The notes beneath the pieces are model-generated. The model made no database searches and had not been told where the DNA came from. It saw nothing but the letters and a program-made list of their open reading frames with translations. Source: a virus. Taken from it: a stretch of DNA of 64,000 bases. The position numbers and the translations under genes are program-made. The stretch spans positions 10,220 to 74,219 of the IMG/VR virus record IMGVR_UViG_3300023179_000082; one strand, 5' to 3'. Positions 30,390-40,537 of this stretch are shown piece by piece. Every line of letters starts with the position of its first letter. Within the stretch, counting starts at the first letter, position 1.

Positions 30390-31198
30390 TCGGTAACACT
30401 AAATGTTATAGTTTGATTATATTCGTGTTGGCAACTTACGCATTTAAATCGTAATGGTTTAGATTGACTACTTTCACGCAATTCTATATTGTGATCACGT
30501 ATTGTGTCATACATTTTCTTATCACAGTTTTGTAAAAAATCCAAGATAAAAGGTTGATTTGATACACTAGTTTCAGGTGTTCTAATATATTCTATATTTT
30601 TAGATAGAATTTTTTGTGTTAAGTTGTTCATACGTACTAGCAATTCACTAGCTGCTTTATTCTTAACCTCACCATCCTCATAATTTTCTAATTGTGCTAA
30701 ACCACGTTGTATTTCAAATTGTTCAGCACTAGCATTATTATTATCTTGGTAGGTAGTTGACCTAAACTTGATTGCTAAATCACCTACAACTAATTCAGTA
30801 TTATAGTCACCAACTTGAATAGTGCTTATTAATTTTGAAAGGTTAATACCATAACGATTACTATTTTTACATGCAGGACAATTTGTGTCTACGTCCATTT
30901 CATCACCGTTAGTGGCTATACGAATTGATATTAATACAGTTTCTAAGTCAGCATTAAGTAATAACCATGGATTTTTAATGGTTGGTACACAACTTTGAAT
31001 GATGGAGACTACTGCTGAACCATTATACAAAGCATCAGGTGTACGTGCAGTAATTTCATCATTTGCAGTCATTGGGTATACAGGAAGTTCACCTGTTGGT
31101 GGTAAATCTACGATTTCTGATGAATATTTGTAGTTGCTAGGTAAACGTATATGTATAGCAGGTCTGCGAAAATACTGCTTAAGTGGGTTGTTTTCCAT
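30377..31198 (-). CDS. Baseplate hub / tail assembly chaperone (T4 gp26-like) with two CxxC motifs
   Basis: MENNPLKQYFRRP...LPS...YPMTANDEI...ISIRIATNG...CPAC...CVSC...TDFF resembles gp26-family proteins. Start is ATG 31198 with SD GGAGA. It sits divergent from the tape measure gene. Confidence 0.7.
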   Translation of the reverse strand: MENNPLKQYFRRPAIHIRLPSNYKYSSEIVDLPPTGELPVYPMTANDEITARTPDALYNGSAVVSIIQSCVPTIKNPWLLLNADLETVLISIRIATNGDEMDVDTNCPACKNSNRYGINLSKLISTIQVGDYNTELVVGDLAIKFRSTTYQDNNNASAEQFEIQRGLAQLENYEDGEVKNKAASELLVRMNNLTQKILSKNIEYIRTPETSVSNQPFILDFLQNCDKKMYDTIRDHNIELRESSQSKPLRFKCVSCQHEYNQTITFSVTDFFE

Positions 31199-31267
31199 GG
31201 TGAAGTTAAATCTCCGTATATATAATTTGATAAATATATTTAATCCTAAAAAATTGACATATAAAAA

Positions 31268-34200
31268 ATGGCAGACCAACTTGATCCTGAATTAATGCGT
31301 CAGCTCAATGATAAATTCACTGAGTTATCAAATTCTATTACTACGATTGGCACTATTTCAGCCAAATCAATGAAATCAGTGGAGGACAATACTCAAAAAG
31401 TTGACAAAAATACATCATCTACTGAAGATAATACTAAAGCAACGGATGAAAATACTAGTTCAATCAAGCGTAATACTACTGCAGTAAACAGTCAGTTAAA
31501 GACTACGGAAAAAAATACTCAAGCATCTTCTGATCAAACTGATGTTATTAAAGAAGCTAATAATGCTATAAAAAATCAAGCACAAGCGGTTGGTGCTAGT
31601 AAAAAAACATTTGATGATTTAACAAAAGCCACTAATCAGCAATTTAAATCATATATGGCAACTGAGGTTGCAAAAGAGCAAATAAGTGGTGCATCAGCAA
31701 AAGCTCAGCAAGAATTAAATTCTAGACTAAAACTATCAAGCATTGGAATGGAAGTATTCCAAACAGGCGTAGAGGGTGTTAAGAAAGTTTTTGATGCTGC
31801 GATTGATGCGCAAATGAACTATACTAAAGCTTTGTTGCAGGGTACACGTGGTTTAGGTTTGGAAGCGCAGCGTAGAGAAACTGAAGGCAAAGCTGTAAAC
31901 CAAGTTATACGTGATTTTGGCAACTTAAGTATGTCGATTGGTGGATTGATGGTGGCGTTAGGACCGTTTGGTATAATTGGTCGTATTGTAGGTTTGGTTG
32001 GAGTAGGTGTTGGTATTTTGGCACAGTATGAAGCAAAAGCACGAGATTTTGCTTTGGAAGTGGCTACTATTACTGAACAGTTAAAAGATAAACTGTTTGA
32101 TACTTTCAAAGATTTAAGTAATTCTGCTTTAACTACTGCAGGAGGTATGACCACATTACGTGCTCAAATGAAGAAGTTTGATTTTGCTATGGCTGAAGTT
32201 GGTCAATTTGCAGCCGTAATAAAAGGTGCGGGTAAAGAGTTATCACAAATTGGTGGTTCTACAGTTAAAGGTTTAGAAAACTTTGTTGAAACTGCTGCAG
32301 ATTTGTTTGAAAGTCAACTTGGTAAAGAGTTGCAATACATGGGCTTGGATCGTGAAGAACAAATGAAAGGAACATTAAAGTTCTTAAGTTTACAAGCTAG
32401 ATTAGGTGTTCAACAAGAAAAAGACATTAAAAAGTTATCACAATCAGCAGGAAAATACATATCAGAATTAGACCAATTAGCTACGCTAACAGGTATAACA
32501 CGTCAAGAACAAGAACAAGCACGTGAACAAGTTATGGCAATTGAGGAATTACGTGCTGCTTTAGTGGAAGAAACTGCAAAAGGTGCTGCTGCAGATAAAG
32601 GTCGCTTAAAAGTATTAGAAGATGCCATACAAGTATCTACTGTATTAACTGCAGAAGGCATGAAAGAAGCAGGTGCTTCATTAGCTAGAACAGTTGCTGC
32701 AGGTGGTGTAACAAGGGCTGAAGATGCTAAATTATTACAAACTGCACCACAATTTTTACAGAATATGATGCAAGGTGTGGGTAGTGTAACCGACAATTTA
32801 CAATTATTTGGTAAAGAATCTAAACAAACATTGACACAATTGTCAAGCGCAGTAAAAGTATCAGGTGATATTGGTAAGGAAATAGCAGCAGTTGACTACG
32901 CAAAATTATTTGATTTCATACCAAAAATAGATAAGATTGCAGAATTACAAAAACAATTCCCTGAGAAAACATTACCACAAATCGTAGATGAAATGCGTAA
33001 GGTAACCGATCCCGCTACTAAAGCAGTACAAGATTTAATAAATGCTCAAAGAAAAGACGCAATTGCAAAAGAAGAATCAGGTGGAGGAATAAAAGGGGCA
33101 GCGGATTTACTAAAGTCAGGTGCACAAATATTTGGTATAAATGTTGAAAATTTTGGAAAATATGTACGTCAATTATTAGGAATAAAAGACACTGCTAAGG
33201 TAGAAAAAACTGAAGCAACTAAAAAAGCAGAAGCTAAAGTAGAAGAAAAGAAAAAAATTACTGATATAGCCACTGAAAAAGCAACTGCTGCATCCATGGC
33301 TGAGGATCAAGCTAAGAAAGAATTAGCCGAACTATATAAAAAGGGTGACGTTGCAGGTGTCGAAGCTAAAAAAGTTGAAATACAAAAATTAACTGACGAG
33401 CGTATGAAAGCTGAACAAGAAATGATGGTTGCTTCACGTGATCAATCACAAGCTGCTTTAGAAGCTTCAAACCAACGTAAAAAAGATATACGAGAAGTAA
33501 ACCAACTTGATGATAAAATAAGATTTTATAAAGATTCAATTAATCTTAACAATATGAAAATTGATTCATTATCAAAAGACCAAGTTGAATTAAATATAGA
33601 ACTTAAAAAATCAACGGGATTTGCTAAATTAGAAAATGAAAATCGATTAAAACATCTTACTCGATTAAGAGAATTAGCAGAAAAAGAAGTAAAAGAAGCA
33701 GAAGAAAATATCAAAAAAAGTGAAGAACGTAAAAAAGAACTAGAAAAGAAAACGTCTACCGCTACCCCAACCCCTGCAGCATCTTCACAAGAACGTAAAG
33801 AATTTGTGGACAAAATGTATGCAACATTACTTGAGCAAGCTAAAAAACAAGGTGTTGCAAATCCTGAAGTTGTTGCTAGATTAGGTGTTGCTCAATCTGC
33901 TTTAGAAACAGGGTATGGTAAATCCACTGCAGGTGGTCAAAATTATTTTGGTATTAAAGCAGGTAAAGGTCAGCCTAGTGTCACTGCGGAAACTGAAGAA
34001 TTTGATGCAGCCAAAGGTGTAATGGTCAAACAACAAGCTGCGTTTAAAAAATATAGTAGCATGGAAGAATCTGCTGCTGATTATATTAAATTCTTAAAAG
34101 AAAATCAGCGATATAAGGAAGTATTAGCAGCAAAAACACTTGACGAGGCTATTCTAGCACAAAGTATGTCAGGTTATGCTACTGATCCACGTTATGGACA

Positions 34201-34480
34201 AAAATTAGCAACTATTAACCAAAATATCGCACAAGAGCCAGGAAAAATGTTCGATGGTGGCGTAGTAACTAAACCGTTAACAACCACATTACGTGATGGT
34301 GGACAAGATGAAGCAGTTATTCCATTGAATAAGTTAGCAGATTTAATACCTATAAAGTCATTAGTTGATGCTATAGAACGTCAAACAGCAATGTTAACCC
34401 AAGGTTTTGAGAACATGACTGACAAATTAGCTGAAAATAATAGCATGGTAAGTGACCAATTATTGTACATGCAGAACTAA
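31268..34480 (+). CDS. Tape measure protein with C-terminal GH73 (FlgJ-like glucosaminidase/muramidase) domain
   Basis: Long helical Ala/Lys/Glu/Gln-rich body with a hydrophobic Gly-rich segment. The C-terminus has the GH73 motifs AQSALETGYG, NYFGIKA and GYATDPRY. Confidence 0.8.
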   Translation: MADQLDPELMRQLNDKFTELSNSITTIGTISAKSMKSVEDNTQKVDKNTSSTEDNTKATDENTSSIKRNTTAVNSQLKTTEKNTQASSDQTDVIKEANNAIKNQAQAVGASKKTFDDLTKATNQQFKSYMATEVAKEQISGASAKAQQELNSRLKLSSIGMEVFQTGVEGVKKVFDAAIDAQMNYTKALLQGTRGLGLEAQRRETEGKAVNQVIRDFGNLSMSIGGLMVALGPFGIIGRIVGLVGVGVGILAQYEAKARDFALEVATITEQLKDKLFDTFKDLSNSALTTAGGMTTLRAQMKKFDFAMAEVGQFAAVIKGAGKELSQIGGSTVKGLENFVETAADLFESQLGKELQYMGLDREEQMKGTLKFLSLQARLGVQQEKDIKKLSQSAGKYISELDQLATLTGITRQEQEQAREQVMAIEELRAALVEETAKGAAADKGRLKVLEDAIQVSTVLTAEGMKEAGASLARTVAAGGVTRAEDAKLLQTAPQFLQNMMQGVGSVTDNLQLFGKESKQTLTQLSSAVKVSGDIGKEIAAVDYAKLFDFIPKIDKIAELQKQFPEKTLPQIVDEMRKVTDPATKAVQDLINAQRKDAIAKEESGGGIKGAADLLKSGAQIFGINVENFGKYVRQLLGIKDTAKVEKTEATKKAEAKVEEKKKITDIATEKATAASMAEDQAKKELAELYKKGDVAGVEAKKVEIQKLTDERMKAEQEMMVASRDQSQAALEASNQRKKDIREVNQLDDKIRFYKDSINLNNMKIDSLSKDQVELNIELKKSTGFAKLENENRLKHLTRLRELAEKEVKEAEENIKKSEERKKELEKKTSTATPTPAASSQERKEFVDKMYATLLEQAKKQGVANPEVVARLGVAQSALETGYGKSTAGGQNYFGIKAGKGQPSVTAETEEFDAAKGVMVKQQAAFKKYSSMEESAADYIKFLKENQRYKEVLAAKTLDEAILAQSMSGYATDPRYGQKLATINQNIAQEPGKMFDGGVVTKPLTTTLRDGGQDEAVIPLNKLADLIPIKSLVDAIERQTAMLTQGFENMTDKLAENNSMVSDQLLYMQN

Positions 34481-34482
34481 AT

Positions 34483-34490
34483 TATAAATA
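34483..34490 (+). promoter_or_regulatory. T4-type late promoter TATAAATA (portal gene)
   Basis: Exact T4 late consensus 4 nt before the portal ATG. A gp55-like sigma is encoded in the window. Confidence 0.7.
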
Positions 34491-34494
34491 CAAG

Positions 34495-36252
34495 ATGCCA
34501 TTAAAAAAGAAATTTTCTAATTTTCACGGTTCACTATCTCCTATAAGTGGTGGTAATAGCAATACAGGAGCATGGAATGCAGGTGCGGGACAAGAACCAA
34601 CAGGTGCTTGGAACAATGATTTTGCTTTTCGTAATTACCAAAGTCGCTTACCTGAAGTATATACAGGTCATCCAAATCGTATAGAACGTTATAATCAATA
34701 TGAAATGATGGACGTTGATCCTGAAATTAATGCATGTTTGGACATTCTTAGTGAGTTTAGTACACAGATTAATCAACAAAATAATACACCATTTGAGTTA
34801 ATCTTCAATGATGAGCCTACTGATGTAGAAGTAGATTTGTTAAAAAAACAATTACAGCAATGGTGTAAACTAAACGAATTTGATACTAGAACATTTAAAA
34901 TATTTCGCAATACAGTAAAGTATGGTGATCAAGTTTTTGTGCGTGATCCTGAAAACTTTAAACTGTATTGGATGGACATGACTAAAGTTGTTAAAGTCAT
35001 TGTTAACGAAACTGAGGGTAAAAAACCTGAGCAGTATGTAATAAAAGATATCAACCCAAACTTACAAAATTTAACTATTGCTGAAAAAACAACAACTGAT
35101 TTTCAGGCACAACCACCTACAGCAGGTTATAGTGCGCCATACTCTTATACTGTACCCAATGAACCATATGGTACTACAGGTACACGTTTTAGTTTAGGTA
35201 TTAATGAATTTGCTGTTGATGCTAAGCACATTGTACACCTATCCTTAACTGAAGGATTAGACCGTTATTGGCCTTTTGGACAAAGTATATTAGAAAATAT
35301 CTTTAAAGTATACAAACAGAAAGAATTATTAGAGGATGCGATATTAATTTATCGTGTTCAACGTGCGCCTGAGCGTAGGGTGTTTAAGATTGATGTAGGT
35401 AATATGCCATCACATTTAGCAATGCAGTTTGTTAATCGTATTAAAGATGAGATACATCAACGCAGAATACCTAGTGTGCATGGTGGTAGCAATGTGTTAG
35501 ATGCAACCTATAACCCATTATCAATTAATGAAGATTACTTCTTTCCAACAACTGCTGAGGGACGTGGTAGTAGTGTCGAAGTACTGCCTGGCGGTCAAAA
35601 CCTTGGTGAAATTGATGATTTAAAGTATTTTAACAATCGTTTAGCACGTGGTTTGCGAATACCAAGTTCATACTTACCGACAGGTCCTGATGATCAAACC
35701 ACACCATTGAATGATGGTCGTGTTGGTACAGCAATGATTCAAGAGTTTCGTTTTAACAAATACTGTGAACGTTTACAAGGTTATATTGCAAGAAAGCTAA
35801 ATGAAGAATTTAAGTTATTCTTGCGTTGGCGTGGTTTTAATATTGATAGTGGTTTATTTGATATTAAGTTAAATGAACCACAAAATTTTGCTAGTTATCG
35901 ACAAGCTGAATTAGATACTGCACGTGTTAACACTTTTAATACTATGGCAGCATTGCCATACATGAGTACACGTTTTTGTTTAGAACGTTTCTTAGGATTA
36001 ACACAAGAAGAAATCAAGAAAAATCAAGAATTGTGGCATGAAGAACGTAATAAACCTGATGACATGGAAGCTAAAGGTTCTGACTTACGTAGTGTTGGTA
36101 TATCTACAAGTGATATAGAACAAGATTTAGAATCAGCAGAAACCTTAGATGCTGAAGAAAATATGCCACCTGAAGGAGGTGAAGCTGCTGAAGTTACCGC
36201 ACCTGTGGGTGGACCTGAAACAGCACCTCAACCCCCACCTGCAGGTACTTAG
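34495..36252 (+). CDS. gp20: Portal vertex protein (T4 gp20-like)
   Basis: LLEDAILIYRVQRAPERRVFKIDVGNMP, EDYFFP..EGRGSSVEVLPGGQNLGEIDDLKYF and LRIPSS are gp20 motifs. Confidence 0.95.
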   Translation: MPLKKKFSNFHGSLSPISGGNSNTGAWNAGAGQEPTGAWNNDFAFRNYQSRLPEVYTGHPNRIERYNQYEMMDVDPEINACLDILSEFSTQINQQNNTPFELIFNDEPTDVEVDLLKKQLQQWCKLNEFDTRTFKIFRNTVKYGDQVFVRDPENFKLYWMDMTKVVKVIVNETEGKKPEQYVIKDINPNLQNLTIAEKTTTDFQAQPPTAGYSAPYSYTVPNEPYGTTGTRFSLGINEFAVDAKHIVHLSLTEGLDRYWPFGQSILENIFKVYKQKELLEDAILIYRVQRAPERRVFKIDVGNMPSHLAMQFVNRIKDEIHQRRIPSVHGGSNVLDATYNPLSINEDYFFPTTAEGRGSSVEVLPGGQNLGEIDDLKYFNNRLARGLRIPSSYLPTGPDDQTTPLNDGRVGTAMIQEFRFNKYCERLQGYIARKLNEEFKLFLRWRGFNIDSGLFDIKLNEPQNFASYRQAELDTARVNTFNTMAALPYMSTRFCLERFLGLTQEEIKKNQELWHEERNKPDDMEAKGSDLRSVGISTSDIEQDLESAETLDAEENMPPEGGEAAEVTAPVGGPETAPQPPPAGT

Positions 36253-36265
36253 GATAAATAAATTT

Positions 36266-36490
36266 ATGTACTTAATGGAATTTTACAACGCTGCGCCTAA
36301 AGGAATGCAAGATGTGGAAGATGATCATAGTCAACCACGTTGGGGTGAATCACGTAAAACTAAGGGTTTAACATTAGCAGCAATCAATAAAATTAGGCGT
36401 TTTAAAGAAGTTAGAACATACGAACGTGCTGAAAATTTGAAAAAAATTCGACAACAATATTCACCACCTGCCCCTGAGGGCGGTCTATAA
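36266..36490 (+). CDS. Small basic prohead-region protein (74 aa, gp67/gp68 position)
   Basis: MYLMEFYNAAP...RKTKGLTLAAINKIRR. It starts 5 nt after GATAAATA and lies between the portal and core genes. Confidence 0.7.
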   Translation: MYLMEFYNAAPKGMQDVEDDHSQPRWGESRKTKGLTLAAINKIRRFKEVRTYERAENLKKIRQQYSPPAPEGGL

Positions 36491-36492
36491 TA

Positions 36493-36512
36493 TAGTATAA
36501 AATTTTATACTA
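36493..36512. repeat. Perfect 20-bp AT-rich palindrome TAGTATAAAATTTTATACTA
   Basis: It is its own reverse complement and lies in the intergenic region ahead of the prohead core gene. Confidence 0.6.
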
Positions 36513-36624
36513 ATCCGTATATTTTCTCCAAAAACGTAAAAAAATAGCACTTTTAGCTATGTTTTTTTAGATATAAGGTAAATAAAACTAGCACAAGCCA
36601 TTTACCTAAAGGAGAATACATTAA

Positions 36625-37467
36625 ATGTCTACAGCAAAATTTGAAAAGCTGATTGATCTTATTATCAATGAGGATCAAGAGCGAGCAGAACAATTGTTTC
36701 ACGAGATTGTAGTTGAAAAGTCACGTGAAATTTACGAGAACCTCATGGACGAAGAAGTCAATGAGGATATGTCTACTGATCTATTAGACGAGATCGAGAA
36801 TGAAGAAGCAGGAATGCATGGCATGACTGAGGCAGATGAAGAAACAGATGAAATCGAGGATATGGATTTCGATACTGATACTGCTGATATGGATGCAGAT
36901 GCTGCTGACATGGATGCAGACGCAGCGGATATGGAAATGGATGCTGATGTGGGTGATGATGAAGCACCTGCAACAAAGGGTGACATTCAAGATTTAGAAG
37001 ATAAGCTAGATGAACTCATGGCTGAATTTGAAGCAATGATGGGTGCAGAAGGTGAGGAAGAAGAGGAAGAGGGTGAGGAAGAAGAGGAAGAAGGCGAAAG
37101 CATGGTTGCTGAAGCTATTGCTCTTAAACAAGTTGGTGGAGCTACCTATGACAAGTTTGCCAAGGGTGGTGATCACGGAGCTAACACCAAGAGTCCTGCA
37201 TTGACCAAACCTAAAGTTGTACAAACAGGTGCAGGTCCTGTAAATTTCTCAGGTGGTGGTGATGAGTCAGTCCCAACAAGTCCTAAGGCAAATACAGGAT
37301 ATTTAAAGCATGGTGGTGATTTAATGAGTGGTGCAAAAAATGCCCCAGGCTCAACCTTCAACGAAAAAGGTGAATCCACACCAAAACCTGTAACAAAAGA
37401 TGCAGCATCTGACAAGCGTAGTCCTGTAGCAGAAAGTAAAAAATCTGTTAAAAAAGTAGTGCGCTAA
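36625..37467 (+). CDS. Highly acidic prohead core / scaffold-associated protein
   Basis: Asp/Glu-rich with short 21-nt tandem repeats (DMDADAA, EGEEEEE). It has SD AAGGAG and lies between the portal and protease genes. Confidence 0.7.
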   Translation: MSTAKFEKLIDLIINEDQERAEQLFHEIVVEKSREIYENLMDEEVNEDMSTDLLDEIENEEAGMHGMTEADEETDEIEDMDFDTDTADMDADAADMDADAADMEMDADVGDDEAPATKGDIQDLEDKLDELMAEFEAMMGAEGEEEEEEGEEEEEEGESMVAEAIALKQVGGATYDKFAKGGDHGANTKSPALTKPKVVQTGAGPVNFSGGGDESVPTSPKANTGYLKHGGDLMSGAKNAPGSTFNEKGESTPKPVTKDAASDKRSPVAESKKSVKKVVR

Positions 37468-37480
37468 GGATTAAAGCACC

Positions 37481-38125
37481 ATGGCATATTTGCGTGAACA
37501 CCTTACCTTTGACAGAGCAGGACTAATTGTCGAGTCTGTCAAAGAGGGTGATGAAAAAACCAAAGCACTTTATATGAAGGGTATTTTCATACAAGGTGGT
37601 GTAAAGAATGCTAATGAGCGTGTATATCCTGTTGATGAAATTGAACGTGCAGTAGAAACACTGAATGGACAAATCACAGAGGGATACAGTGTACTAGGTG
37701 AAGTAGATCATCCTGATGATTTAAAAATTAACTTAGACCGTGTGTCCCATATGATTGTCAACATGTGGATGGATGGACCAAATGGTTATGGTAAGTTAAA
37801 AATATTACCAACACCTATGGGAAATTTAGTATCTACTATGTTAGAGAGTGGTGTAAAGTTAGGTGTATCAAGTCGTGGTAGCGGTAATGTCAATGATATG
37901 AATGGTCGTGTAAGCGATTTTGAAATTGTAACGGTTGATATTGTTGCACAGCCAAGTGCGCCTAATGCTTATCCAAAGGCTATCTATGAGGGTCTAATGA
38001 ACATGAAAGGTGGTCATCGTGTGCTAGAAAACTTAAAAGGTAGCAAGTTAGATAAGGATGCACAAGTTCAAAAGTATTTAAAGGAATCAGTTGTTAACCT
38101 AATTAAGGAGTTGAAATTAAAATGA
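37481..38125 (+). CDS. gp21: Prohead core protease (T4 gp21-like)
   Basis: GIFIQGGVKNANERVYP, LGEVDHP, LDRVSH, PTPMG, GVSSRGSG and DIVAQPSAPNA. Confidence 0.93.
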   Translation: MAYLREHLTFDRAGLIVESVKEGDEKTKALYMKGIFIQGGVKNANERVYPVDEIERAVETLNGQITEGYSVLGEVDHPDDLKINLDRVSHMIVNMWMDGPNGYGKLKILPTPMGNLVSTMLESGVKLGVSSRGSGNVNDMNGRVSDFEIVTVDIVAQPSAPNAYPKAIYEGLMNMKGGHRVLENLKGSKLDKDAQVQKYLKESVVNLIKELKLK

Positions 38126-38191
38126 TTTCAACTTTACTAATGCCCGTCAGTTCGGGGTTATACGGACTAACCACTATAGGGGAACATACAA

Positions 38192-39295
38192 ATGTTTGAT
38201 GCTATTAAGCCATTGCTTGATAACGGCATCATCAATGAGGACACAGGTCGTGCAATTAACGAGGCTTGGGAATCTAAATTGATGGAAGCACGTGAGCAAG
38301 TACGTGCTGAATTGCGTGAAGAATATGCAAGAAAGTACGAGCATGATAAAAATGTAATGGTTGAAGCCCTAGATAAGATGGTATCAGAAGGACTCCAAGC
38401 TGAAATTTCGGAATTCCATGAAGAGCGTAAAGCAATGAATGAAGACCGTGTTAAAGCTAAAGTTGCATTGCGTGAAAACGCACGTAAATTTAATGATTTC
38501 ATGGTAACTAAGTTAGCAGAAGAAATTAAAGAATTACGTGCTGATCGTCATGCACAAATGGAAGGTCGTGAAAAATTAGAGCAGTTTGTTGTACATGCAT
38601 TAGCACGTGAAATTAAGGAATTTGCTGAAGATAAAAAAGCTGTTGTCGAAGCCAAAGTGAAGTTAGTAGCAGAGGCACGCACACAGTTAGAAACATTAAA
38701 AGCAAAATTCGTAGCAGAAAGTGCTAAGCGTATCAATGAAAGTGTTACTAAACATCTTAAGGGTGAATTAAGTCAGTTGAAAGAAGACATCAAGGTAGCA
38801 CGTGAGAATACCTTTGGTCGTCGTTTATTTGAAGCATTTGCTACAGAATTTAGTGCAACGCATCTCAATGAGAAAGCAGAAACACGTAAATTATTAGCAC
38901 AATTAACTTCAAAAGATCAACAATTGGCTGAATCCATTGCTGAAGTAAAGAAAGCTAAAACTTTAGTTGAAAGTAAAGAGCGTGAAGTTCGCATTATAAA
39001 AGAAAGTAACCTACGTGAAAAGACCATGGCAGAATTGCTTGGTACATTAAACGAGGAAAAAGCTGTTGTAATGAAGGGCTTGCTCGAAAGTGTGCAGACA
39101 GGAAAGCTAAAATCTGCATATGATAAGTATCTACCTGCAGTACTTAACCAAGGTGCGGATAAACCCGCTACTAAAAAGCAAATGATTGCTGAAAGTGTTG
39201 AAGTAACAGGTGATAAATCTGCCGTTAAGAAAGATGTTGAAGTCGAGGAAGAACGTGATAACGTGATTGCGATCAAACGTTTGGCAGGGCTTTAA
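38192..39295 (+). CDS. gp22: Prohead scaffolding protein (T4 gp22-like)
   Basis: Coiled-coil Glu/Lys/Ala-rich protein between the protease and capsid genes, with many hydrophobic-X-E-S/A sites. Confidence 0.8.
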   Translation: MFDAIKPLLDNGIINEDTGRAINEAWESKLMEAREQVRAELREEYARKYEHDKNVMVEALDKMVSEGLQAEISEFHEERKAMNEDRVKAKVALRENARKFNDFMVTKLAEEIKELRADRHAQMEGREKLEQFVVHALAREIKEFAEDKKAVVEAKVKLVAEARTQLETLKAKFVAESAKRINESVTKHLKGELSQLKEDIKVARENTFGRRLFEAFATEFSATHLNEKAETRKLLAQLTSKDQQLAESIAEVKKAKTLVESKEREVRIIKESNLREKTMAELLGTLNEEKAVVMKGLLESVQTGKLKSAYDKYLPAVLNQGADKPATKKQMIAESVEVTGDKSAVKKDVEVEEERDNVIAIKRLAGL

Positions 39296-39325
39296 TTTGA
39301 CATATATACAGGAGATAAAATAGAA

Positions 39326-40537
39326 ATGTCTAAAGTACTATTAGAAAGCCGTTGGGGTGAGACAAAAGAAGCCCTTCTAGAAGGTCTCAAAGGAACTCGC
39401 CGTTCAACAATGAGTGTTATTTTAGAAAACACTCGCAAACAGTTGCTTCAGGAAAGCAGTGCAGGAACAACTACAGCAGGTAACATTGCTACACTTAACC
39501 GTGTAATTCTACCCGTTATTCGCCGTGTTATGCCAACCGTTATCGCTAACGAGTTAGTTGGTGTACAGCCAATGACAGGTCCTGTTGGTCAAATTCATAC
39601 ACTTCGTGTTCGTTATGCTAATAACATGAACGATACAAGTGCTGCACAAACAAGTACCGTAGCAGGTGAGGAAGCATTATCACCATTCAAGATTGCACAA
39701 GCTTACTCATCAGCAAGTAGCGTAACAGCAGGTGTTGTTAACACAACACAATCACGTTACACAGCCGCTGATACAGCAGTTCTTGAAGGTAGTGGTGGTC
39801 GCCAAATCAGCGTACAAATCTTACGTCAAGCTGTTGAAGCTAAATCACGTAAGTTGCAAGCACGTTGGACTTTTGAGGCAGCACAAGATGCACAGTCACA
39901 GCATGGTATCGATGTTGAAGCTGAAATCATGGCAGCACTTGCACAAGAAATTACTGCTGAAATTGACCAAGAAATTCTCTTGTCATTACGTAGTCTTGCT
40001 GCAACAGAGTTTACATACAACCAAGCTACAGTATCAGGTACAGCTACATTCGTAGGTGATGAGCATGCTGCTCTTGCAGTATTGATCAACCGTGTTGCTA
40101 ACTTGATCGCACAGCGTACACGCCGTGGCGCAGGTAATTGGTGTGTTGTTTCAAGTGAAAGCTTGACAATTCTTCAAAGTGCTACAACTTCTGCTTTTGC
40201 TCGCACAACAGAGGGTACATTTGAAGCACCAACAAATACTAAATTGGTTGGTACATTGAACAACGCTATGCGTGTTTTCGTTGATAGCTATGCTCCAACA
40301 GGTACAGCAGTTCTTGTTGGTTACAAAGGTAGTAGCGAAACAGATGCAGCAGCATTCTATTGCCCATACATTCCATTGATGAGCAGTGGTGTTGTTCTAG
40401 ATCCAACAACGTTCGAACCTGTAGTATCGTTCATGACTCGCTATGGTTATATCGAGTTAACGAACACAGCATCATCTTTTGGTAATGCTGCTGACTACGT
40501 TGGAGAAATCGCTGTTCAGAACGTATCGTTTCAGTAA
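39326..40537 (+). CDS. gp23: Major capsid protein (T4 gp23-like)
   Basis: LVGVQPMTGPVGQIHTLR, EAKSRKLQARWTFEAAQDAQSQHGIDVEAE, FYCPYIPL and FEPVVSFMTRYG. SD AGGAG. Confidence 0.97.
   Translation: MSKVLLESRWGETKEALLEGLKGTRRSTMSVILENTRKQLLQESSAGTTTAGNIATLNRVILPVIRRVMPTVIANELVGVQPMTGPVGQIHTLRVRYANNMNDTSAAQTSTVAGEEALSPFKIAQAYSSASSVTAGVVNTTQSRYTAADTAVLEGSGGRQISVQILRQAVEAKSRKLQARWTFEAAQDAQSQHGIDVEAEIMAALAQEITAEIDQEILLSLRSLAATEFTYNQATVSGTATFVGDEHAALAVLINRVANLIAQRTRRGAGNWCVVSSESLTILQSATTSAFARTTEGTFEAPTNTKLVGTLNNAMRVFVDSYAPTGTAVLVGYKGSSETDAAAFYCPYIPLMSSGVVLDPTTFEPVVSFMTRYGYIELTNTASSFGNAADYVGEIAVQNVSFQ

Noticed and set aside
31199-31279. Track start of the chaperone ORF at 31279
   Set aside because: It overlaps the tape measure start and crosses the promoter region. 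ATG 31198 has an SD and a family-like N-terminus.
36149-36265. Track start at 36149
   Set aside because: It overlaps the portal C-terminus. ATG 36266 follows a TAAATA motif.
36880-37100. 21-nt tandem repeats as a regulatory or CRISPR-like array
   Set aside because: They are in-frame low-complexity coding repeats (DMDADAA, EGEEEEE) of the acidic core protein.
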